Source: Promethearchaeum syntrophicum (GTDB taxonomy: Archaea; Asgardarchaeota; Lokiarchaeia; Sigyniarchaeales; Promethearchaeaceae). From it: a DNA stretch of 32,000 bases. Under the pieces are notes generated by a model. The model searched no databases. It saw only the letters and a program-made list of their open reading frames with translations, and had not been told where the DNA came from. The position numbers and the translations under genes were made by a program. Position 1 is the first letter of the stretch; each line of letters starts with the position of its first letter. Below are positions 25,770 through 32,000 of this stretch, one piece after another. The stretch covers positions 1,770,001 through 1,802,000 of the forward strand of contig NZ_CP042905.2 of the NCBI RefSeq assembly GCF_008000775.2, read 5' to 3'.

Positions 25770-26759
25770 CTAATCTATGCTAATTACAATTCGACCTTTT
25801 GAATGTCCAGTTTCATAATGAAGATGAGCCTTTGCTGTCTGACTTAGTGGATACACGGTATCTATAACTGGCTTAATCTTTCCACTCTCGATCCATTCTC
25901 TAAGTAAACTCAGAGCATCTGCGCTTTCATCTGCTGTAGGGGATTTTAATTTCTTCTTGCCAGATCCAAATCCAAAAATGTTTCTTAAACTATTAGTGGG
26001 ATTATTAGTAATATAAATTCCCGCTTCTGTTAGATTATTTGAACATTTCGATAAGGCACTTACTCCGATAGCATCATAAATTATATCATATTTCTGGTTG
26101 CTTGTTGTAAAATCTTCCTTTGTATAATCAATTACACAATCAGCCCCGATCTTTTTTACCATTTCTGTATTACTAGGTCCACAAATAGCAGTGACATGAG
26201 CACCATATTGTTTTGCAATTTGGATTCCAAATGTTCCATTTCCTCCAGATGCTCCTATGATAAGGACTTTCTGGTCTTTCTTTGGTCTAGCTAAATCTCT
26301 GAATGCTACTAAAGAAGGCGAAGCTCCTCCAGGAACAGCTGCAGCTTCTTGAAAGCTTAAATTTATCGGTTTTTTCGCTATTACATCAGCAATAACTGTC
26401 ATATATTGGGCGCAAGCTCCTCCCGAAGGAGAATATCCATACACTTTGTCTCCTTCTTTCCAATCAGATACTTCTTTTCCAAGCGATACGACTTCACCTG
26501 CAAAACTAAAACCTGGAATTTTCTGTTTTGGTTTTATAAGACCACCAAATGAAAGTCGTAAAAAAAATCCTATCAATAATTTTAATCCCCAAAACGTCAC
26601 TTTTGGGGCCTTTCCTCCTCGATGTAATACATCTACTGTATTTATTGAAGATCCGTAGTTCCTTACTAAAACTTCATTACTCTTTGGGATTGGTATTTCT
26701 TTTTTTCTTAATTTAAGAACCTCTGGTGCCCCGTATTTTGTAATAGTTATTGCATTCAT
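25770..26759 (-). CDS. Zinc-independent MDR family NAD(P)-dependent alcohol dehydrogenase / quinone oxidoreductase-like
   Basis: MNAITITKYGAPEVLKLRKKEIPIPKSNEVLVRNYGSSINTVDVLHRGG; VLIIGASGGNGTFGIQIAKQYGAHVTAICGPSNTEMVKKIGADCVIDYTKEDF. Listed ORF extends to 26810; MNAITI start at 26759 fits the family. Confidence 0.9.
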   Translation of the reverse strand: MNAITITKYGAPEVLKLRKKEIPIPKSNEVLVRNYGSSINTVDVLHRGGKAPKVTFWGLKLLIGFFLRLSFGGLIKPKQKIPGFSFAGEVVSLGKEVSDWKEGDKVYGYSPSGGACAQYMTVIADVIAKKPINLSFQEAAAVPGGASPSLVAFRDLARPKKDQKVLIIGASGGNGTFGIQIAKQYGAHVTAICGPSNTEMVKKIGADCVIDYTKEDFTTSNQKYDIIYDAIGVSALSKCSNNLTEAGIYITNNPTNSLRNIFGFGSGKKKLKSPTADESADALSLLREWIESGKIKPVIDTVYPLSQTAKAHLHYETGHSKGRIVISID

Positions 26760-26835
26760 TTTCTTCTTATCTTGGATTTTAATATTATTGTTTTCCATTA
26801 TTTTCACCATATTATTTTAAAAAACTGTATGAATT

Positions 26836-27318
26836 TCACTCTTTTTGTAGGTTCTTTTTTAAATTCTGTGCAAAAATTTCTGCATGCTTAAGATCTTCAG
26901 CATTAGGCTTAGTTTTGTTCATTCCCCCAAATATTTTAAGAAAACTATTGGTGTTTAAACCCTTACAATTGAATTCATCAACAATAACATACCCTTTGAT
27001 TTGTAGTTTGTTCTTAATTGCTGAGTGTTTTTGAGGTAATTCCCATGTAGTTGCACTTGTTGAAAAAATAAAAGCTTTTTTCTTGTTGACTTGTGGTAAT
27101 TTATCCGCAAGATCAAGCAGATCTTGGTGGAAATTTTCACCATAAATACCCGAACCAAAGCCAATTAGACTATACTCTTGAAGTTCTTCGGGATTTATTT
27201 GGTGGGGATTCTTTATTTGTGCATCAAGAACTTCTGATATAACCTTCGCAATTTTTTCCGTATTCCTGTGATGATAAGAAACCAAAACCAATAATGTCTT
27301 GGGTATATTTATTTTCAT
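26836..27318 (-). CDS. Flavodoxin-like protein
   Basis: MKINIPKTLLVLVSYHHRNTEKIAKVISEVLDAQIKNP...YSLIGFGSGIYGENFHQDLLDLADKLPQVNKKKAFIFSTS. The ORF upstream extension to 27345 is also possible. Confidence 0.75.
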   Translation of the reverse strand: MKINIPKTLLVLVSYHHRNTEKIAKVISEVLDAQIKNPHQINPEELQEYSLIGFGSGIYGENFHQDLLDLADKLPQVNKKKAFIFSTSATTWELPQKHSAIKNKLQIKGYVIVDEFNCKGLNTNSFLKIFGGMNKTKPNAEDLKHAEIFAQNLKKNLQKE

Positions 27319-27356
27319 TTCAATATACCCTACTAACTTATTCAATATTTAGTTTT

Positions 27357-29126
27357 TTATTTCTTTTTCTTGCTTTTTTTTTGTTTGGATATAAGCTCAC
27401 GCAATGCTTTTGCATCCAATCCTAAATAACCATCCTTTGAGAAAATGGGAGATCTAATTTGATGCATATCCCTGTCCTCAGAACCAATGAATAAAATACC
27501 CTTTTTCAGAAAAGCATCAAAATAGTTGATAAATTTCATCTTATTTGATGTTAAATTTGATTCTTCTTCAACACTATTTTTATGTATCTGAAGGAAAGGT
27601 TCTTCTTCTCCTTCTCCCTTCAAAGCCTTTTCAACACCTAATGCTTTCATTCCTGTGAATAAAGCACCAATTGTAGCTACAAAGGGTAATTGATGTGCCA
27701 TCGTGTTAACACTTAGTAAAGCTTGAATGTTTTTTGCGGATAATGATTCAGAAAGTATTTTTATATCAAAACCGAAACATCCCTTGAAATTTACTTCCAA
27801 AGATTCCTCAACCGCATTCTTTATTCCTTTAAGTCTTGAAAGTGAATCATCTTGATGTTGATTAAAATATTTTATAAATGGTTTAGTATCTATTATATCG
27901 ATAATGGGTTTATTATCCTTTACACTGAATTTCACTAATGTGTTGTAAGATCTATCATCTTCTCCATTTTTATAAACGACAATCAAGATATTTTGGAAAT
28001 ATTGAATTACTACTTTAATTGCCATTCCAAAATTCTCTGCACCTTTTCCAAGTTCGAAACCAAAAAGCTTTAAAAATTCATTTAATAAAGAATCAGGGCT
28101 CCAAATTGATGTATATGATATAGAGAATAAATCTGCAAAAAGATCAAAAATGTTTTGTCCAGATTGGTTCCATTCTTTCAATATTTTTAAAAGTTGATGG
28201 TCAAATATTGCTTGGGTTCTAAAACCTGTGATACTATAAAGTAAATTGGCTATTTCCTTTGGTTGTAATTTTTCTGCATTACATTTTTTTATTATTTTCC
28301 AAGCAAGGGGATTTATACTAATTGTGTTATCTTCTACTATTGTTCTAAAAGCAAATAAAATTTGATTTGTAGCTTTTGAAATAATCACTATATTTGCCAT
28401 GGTTCCTTCAAGCAATGTGGAAATAATAGTGCTCCATTTTGGAAGTTCTTCATTTTTTGCTTTTACAATCATATCTTTTAAAAAGGTTAATAATAATCCT
28501 TGAGATTCAATTAATGAGAATGCATAATTTACGAAAGGTAATCCAAATTTTAAGATTATTTGATCTTTAAAATTATCGATTGCTTCAAAGGCATTGAATA
28601 TATTGAGATTTAGCAGTGGAATTTTTGATTCTGTGAGAATTTCTTTTATATTGGAGGGTATTATAATAGTTCGAAAAATTTCATCAGACTTAAGAAAAAG
28701 ATTTAATTCTTCTTGGAATGGTTCCATTTTTTTTATTTTTATTGAAATTTCCTTAAGTAGACTTGATTTTTCTTCAGTATTTTCAATTTCTGAGAAGTTA
28801 AATTTAAGAGTAAAATTTGATTCTATATGTTTTTCTTCAATTTTATCCGTGTTTACCAGAAAAAGGTCAATTGCTGATAACTCTTCATTGATAATAACAT
28901 AACAATAATTGCTAAATGGTTTGATTTGATAAAAATATTTTAAGAGTAAATATATTTGATGTAAATCCCATTTTATCGGAAATCCAGAAATTAATTGATC
29001 TGGAATTACTATATCATCAATAATATTCAATGCGATTTTATTCATAAAAGAAAATAAGTCTTTGATATTATTTTTAACTGGGATATTCTGTTCTTCAGCA
29101 ATATCTTGTAAATTAGTATTCATCAA
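27357..29126 (-). CDS. 589-aa protein of unknown function
   Basis: Single long ORF with a Lys-rich C-terminus (SKQKKSKKKK) and no signal peptide; no family recognised. Confidence 0.8.
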   Translation of the reverse strand: MMNTNLQDIAEEQNIPVKNNIKDLFSFMNKIALNIIDDIVIPDQLISGFPIKWDLHQIYLLLKYFYQIKPFSNYCYVIINEELSAIDLFLVNTDKIEEKHIESNFTLKFNFSEIENTEEKSSLLKEISIKIKKMEPFQEELNLFLKSDEIFRTIIIPSNIKEILTESKIPLLNLNIFNAFEAIDNFKDQIILKFGLPFVNYAFSLIESQGLLLTFLKDMIVKAKNEELPKWSTIISTLLEGTMANIVIISKATNQILFAFRTIVEDNTISINPLAWKIIKKCNAEKLQPKEIANLLYSITGFRTQAIFDHQLLKILKEWNQSGQNIFDLFADLFSISYTSIWSPDSLLNEFLKLFGFELGKGAENFGMAIKVVIQYFQNILIVVYKNGEDDRSYNTLVKFSVKDNKPIIDIIDTKPFIKYFNQHQDDSLSRLKGIKNAVEESLEVNFKGCFGFDIKILSESLSAKNIQALLSVNTMAHQLPFVATIGALFTGMKALGVEKALKGEGEEEPFLQIHKNSVEEESNLTSNKMKFINYFDAFLKKGILFIGSEDRDMHQIRSPIFSKDGYLGLDAKALRELISKQKKSKKKK

Positions 29127-29307
29127 TAAAAAATATCCTTCATCTATAAAAAAAATTATTTTTTAGAGTTCACGTTTAAAAGTTAGTTTTTAACAAGTTA
29201 ATCAAATTACACCCAATTACTCTAAATTTATTTATAAGAAATATAAATAATTATATAGTGGAAAAAAAAGAAACTATATCCCGTTATATTATGTTGTGAG
29301 TTTATCT

Positions 29308-30315
29308 ATGGTAAATGAAAATGATGAATTATTGGAAAAAGAGATAGATAAATTAGTGGAAATCTATGAAATGCTGATTTCTCAACCTACTCCTGAAGAA
29401 GAAGAGGACGCCCAAAGAGAATTATTGATTATATTAACGGATGTTAAAGATCTTTTAGGAAATTTTGATCAATTTCATGAATTAGATGAATTAGTTCAAA
29501 TTATATCCGATTGGGATACTTTGGAATCGTGGTTCTATGAAATTAATGGATTGGAAGAAAAATTGGTTAATTTTTTAAGTAAATTCCGTCATGTTAGGAG
29601 AAGACAAAAAGAACCGAGAGAGGCGACTATTCCATTAACACAAGGACTGGACAGATCGGATTCAAATTTTGATGAAGTTAAAGAATCAAGAATTGATAAA
29701 ACTTTTCAAACTGTAGAGAAAAAAATGAAAAATTTGATGACACGTGATAGTTTGATTCATGAGGAGAAACCACAGCAGGCTCACATTGAATCTGTTCCAA
29801 AATCATCTCATTCGCATTTAAAATCTAAATTAGTCGCACCTAAGATTGTTATTCCTCCTGTAATGGCACCAAAAAAGAGAATTGAGCCAAGTTCAGTGTC
29901 TTATTCAATTACACCCCAACCACCTCAAGAAGAAGAACCTATAAAAATAGACTATACTCCTCCTGAACCTCAATCAAAATCTGCATTTCGACCAAAAATA
30001 AATCCTATCCCTAGCTCTCAAAAAACTATAAAAATCCATCCTATTTCTTCTGATCAGTTTAAAAATTCACAAAGTTCAGTCGATCTTCCAACAGAAGATC
30101 TCAGCTCATTATCGTCTAAACAATTATATAGAGAATTAATAAGGTTGGAGGCAAAACAATATCATTTAATTAAGAAACAGAAAACTTTACAAGAGAAATT
30201 CAATGGTAGACAAATTAGTGAATCAGATTTTATAAGTACACGTGATGTAAATAATGTAGAAGTTAAAAATTGTGTAAATAAAATTCAACAGATAAAATCA
30301 ATTATAAACAGATAA
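29308..30315 (+). CDS. Protein with acidic/helical N-term, Pro/Ser-rich disordered middle and C-terminal coiled coil
   Basis: Listed from GTG 29296; ATG at 29308. Middle APKIVIPPVMAPKKRIEPSS...PQPPQEEEPIKIDYTPPEPQSK; C-term SSKQLYRELIRLEAKQYHLIKKQKTLQEKFNGRQISESDF. Confidence 0.7.
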   Translation: MVNENDELLEKEIDKLVEIYEMLISQPTPEEEEDAQRELLIILTDVKDLLGNFDQFHELDELVQIISDWDTLESWFYEINGLEEKLVNFLSKFRHVRRRQKEPREATIPLTQGLDRSDSNFDEVKESRIDKTFQTVEKKMKNLMTRDSLIHEEKPQQAHIESVPKSSHSHLKSKLVAPKIVIPPVMAPKKRIEPSSVSYSITPQPPQEEEPIKIDYTPPEPQSKSAFRPKINPIPSSQKTIKIHPISSDQFKNSQSSVDLPTEDLSSLSSKQLYRELIRLEAKQYHLIKKQKTLQEKFNGRQISESDFISTRDVNNVEVKNCVNKIQQIKSIINR

Positions 30316-30345
30316 ACTTAATTATAAACAGATAAAATCAATAAT
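30287..30345 (+). repeat. 20-bp tandem repeat (consensus ATTATAAACAGATAAAMTYA), about 2.5-3 copies
   Basis: gataaaMtYa blocks at 30291, 30311 and 30331; attataaaca blocks at 30301 and 30321. Overlaps the stop codon at 30313-30315. Confidence 0.75.
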
Positions 30346-30393
30346 AAAAAAATACAAATAATAGTAAAATAAAATTTAATTGGAGAAAGTATC

Positions 30394-30798
30394 ATGTCTA
30401 AAGAAGAATATTCTAAACTTTTGCAATCCGCTTTTGATAACGGCATTCCCTTTATAAATATAACAGAGTTCTATTCTTATGCCCTCATTCCTCAAGGTGA
30501 TAAGTGGTTGGAAATTGCATACGATTTCGGTGAGAAATCGATAGACGAAAAAAAAGAGATTGATGGAGCTTCAGCTTTTTTTAAATTATGTGAAGAAGTT
30601 GAAAAAAGCATGGCTCTAGAATTAAAAGTATTTTATTTGAATAAATGGAAAGAGTTTAAAAAAGGATTATCTGGATCAGAAGGAGATAAACTTAAATCTT
30701 GCATTAAAGAACTAACCACTAATTCAAATGTGTATTCAGATGAATTGCCCGTAGTGTTTAATAAAGAAGATCTTGGAAAAATTCTTAGTAAACTTTAA
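30394..30798 (+). CDS. 134-aa protein of unknown function
   Basis: ORF with plausible composition, co-directional with its neighbours. Confidence 0.65.
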   Translation: MSKEEYSKLLQSAFDNGIPFINITEFYSYALIPQGDKWLEIAYDFGEKSIDEKKEIDGASAFFKLCEEVEKSMALELKVFYLNKWKEFKKGLSGSEGDKLKSCIKELTTNSNVYSDELPVVFNKEDLGKILSKL

Positions 30799-30914
30799 CC
30801 TATCTTAAGTTAGAGAATTCTTTTCAAAGTTTATTTATAAGCCTCATAAAATAAAAAAGTCGAGGTTTTTTTTACTATATTATAAATAACTTATAACTCA
30901 AAATGTGATCACAT

Positions 30915-31397
30915 ATGTCTGACCCTAAACCAATAGATTCAATACTCCGGAAGATCAAAAAAAAATGGGATTTGGATAAGGAAAATTGGTCAATATTGAG
31001 CAACCATGATAAAGATGGCAATAAAGAAATGCTTATCACTCAAGCACCTAATAGTTATTGGCTAAAAATGAAGACTGTCACTGCTAGAAGTCAAATGGCG
31101 TATGGTGTTGAATTAAAAAATTTAGATGAAGAAATCAGTAAGAAATTAGAAAAAAACAAAAAAATACCAGGAAAACCTAATACTAAACAAGAACTTATGC
31201 AATTATTTGGATTAATCGTACCGTCTAAAAAGGATATTTTATATACTGCTGGAGTTGAACAAATTTCACCTCAAAAAGTACAAACCCAAAAAGATAAAAT
31301 CGAGGAAAAAGAAAAAGACGCAGATAAATTGTTTAGATTATATTTACGAAGAAAATGGCAAAGAGAACAAGCATTAAGGGATGGATTGTATCTGTAA
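30915..31397 (+). CDS. 160-aa basic, charged protein of unknown function
   Basis: ORF MSDPKPIDSILRKIKKKWDLDKENWSIL...RLYLRRKWQREQALRDGLYL. Confidence 0.65.
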   Translation: MSDPKPIDSILRKIKKKWDLDKENWSILSNHDKDGNKEMLITQAPNSYWLKMKTVTARSQMAYGVELKNLDEEISKKLEKNKKIPGKPNTKQELMQLFGLIVPSKKDILYTAGVEQISPQKVQTQKDKIEEKEKDADKLFRLYLRRKWQREQALRDGLYL

Positions 31398-31409
31398 ATT
31401 ATTTAAATA

Positions 31410-32000
31410 CTAAATTCTACCATTTTTTAGATATTTTTGAGTACTTTGGTGATCAAACCAATAATTACCACTCCAACAAACCGTACATAAATCTTCTTTA
31501 GGAAGGTTCACGGCATCAATCATACCTTCCATGGATAAATACACCAAACTATCTGCATCAATCTCTTTACGCACTAATTCATTAGCTTCATCAGTAGAAG
31601 AAGCTTCAAATTCTTTCCTACAAAAAATTAATTCTTCTTTGGAGGGGAAATCTACTCCATAATGACAAGGAAATCTAATTGGTGGACAGGATGATCTAAC
31701 ATGAACTTTAACGGCCCCAGCCCATCGTAATAATTTTACAATTCTTGTCATTGTAGTTCCCCGAACAATGCTATCATCGATCAGGATAATTTCCTTCCCT
31801 TCTACAATAGCCGGAACTGGATTTAATTTCATTCTTACCAAATTCATTCTTTCAGCTTGACTTGGAGCAATAAAACTTCGAAAAACATACCTATTTTTCA
31901 TTAAACCTTCGTCATATGGAAGACCACTTTCTTTTGCATAACCCAATGCAGCAGATCGTCCTGAATCAGGTACAGGAACAACGATTGCATTATTATATTT
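31410..32000 (-). CDS. purF: Amidophosphoribosyltransferase, C-terminal part (runs off right edge)
   Basis: The frame continues past the listed TTG start to the window edge: ...IVVPVPDSGRSAALGYAKESGLPYDEGLMKNRYVFRSFIAPSQ...VPAIVEGKEIILIDDSIVRGTTM (PRPP-binding motif), DLCTVCWSG. Confidence 0.95.
   Translation of the reverse strand, partial: KYNNAIVVPVPDSGRSAALGYAKESGLPYDEGLMKNRYVFRSFIAPSQAERMNLVRMKLNPVPAIVEGKEIILIDDSIVRGTTMTRIVKLLRWAGAVKVHVRSSCPPIRFPCHYGVDFPSKEELIFCRKEFEASSTDEANELVRKEIDADSLVYLSMEGMIDAVNLPKEDLCTVCWSGNYWFDHQSTQKYLKNGRI

Noticed and set aside
26955-27164. Minus-strand 69-aa ORF inside the flavodoxin-like gene
   Set aside because: Alternate frame of the flavodoxin-like CDS; no independent support.
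1-32000. CRISPR array, transposase/integrase, phage genes, tRNA or rRNA genes
   Set aside because: None seen by eye in intergenic regions; no regular direct-repeat/spacer pattern, no DDE/Tyr/Ser recombinase motifs. A tRNAscan-SE/Infernal run would be needed to exclude small RNAs firmly.

Overview
The window looks archaeal and most likely Asgard (Lokiarchaeia-like). Support: archaeal-type uS13-uS4-uS11 genes, an archaeal-type AspRS and TruD, a Roadblock/LC7 protein, AT-rich DNA with poly-T tracts at gene ends, and large secreted multidomain proteins. Bases 1-17.5 kb are accessory-like: (i) the 3' part of a repeat-rich surface protein with a possible divergent clan-CD (legumain/caspase-like) His/Cys pair; (ii) a decayed segment with a subtilisin (S8) C-terminal fragment; (iii) a Hef/FANCM-like helicase; (iv) a DNRLRE-type membrane-anchored protein; (v) a protein whose PIN-nuclease motifs occur in swapped order; (vi) a 1258-aa protein with three LamG-like repeats and a caspase-like domain that appears to carry a beta-rich insertion between catalytic His and Cys; (vii) two GNAT-like proteins, a thrombospondin type-3-repeat secreted protein and a leucine-rich-repeat protein. 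Bases 17.5-32 kb are mostly housekeeping (Roadblock, AspRS, TruD, uS11, uS4, uS13, acyl-CoA synthetase alpha-like, MDR oxidoreductase, flavodoxin-like, PurF fragment) mixed with several orphan coiled-coil or helical proteins. I saw no rRNA, tRNA, CRISPR array or transposase. All family assignments come from reading motifs, not from database searches.
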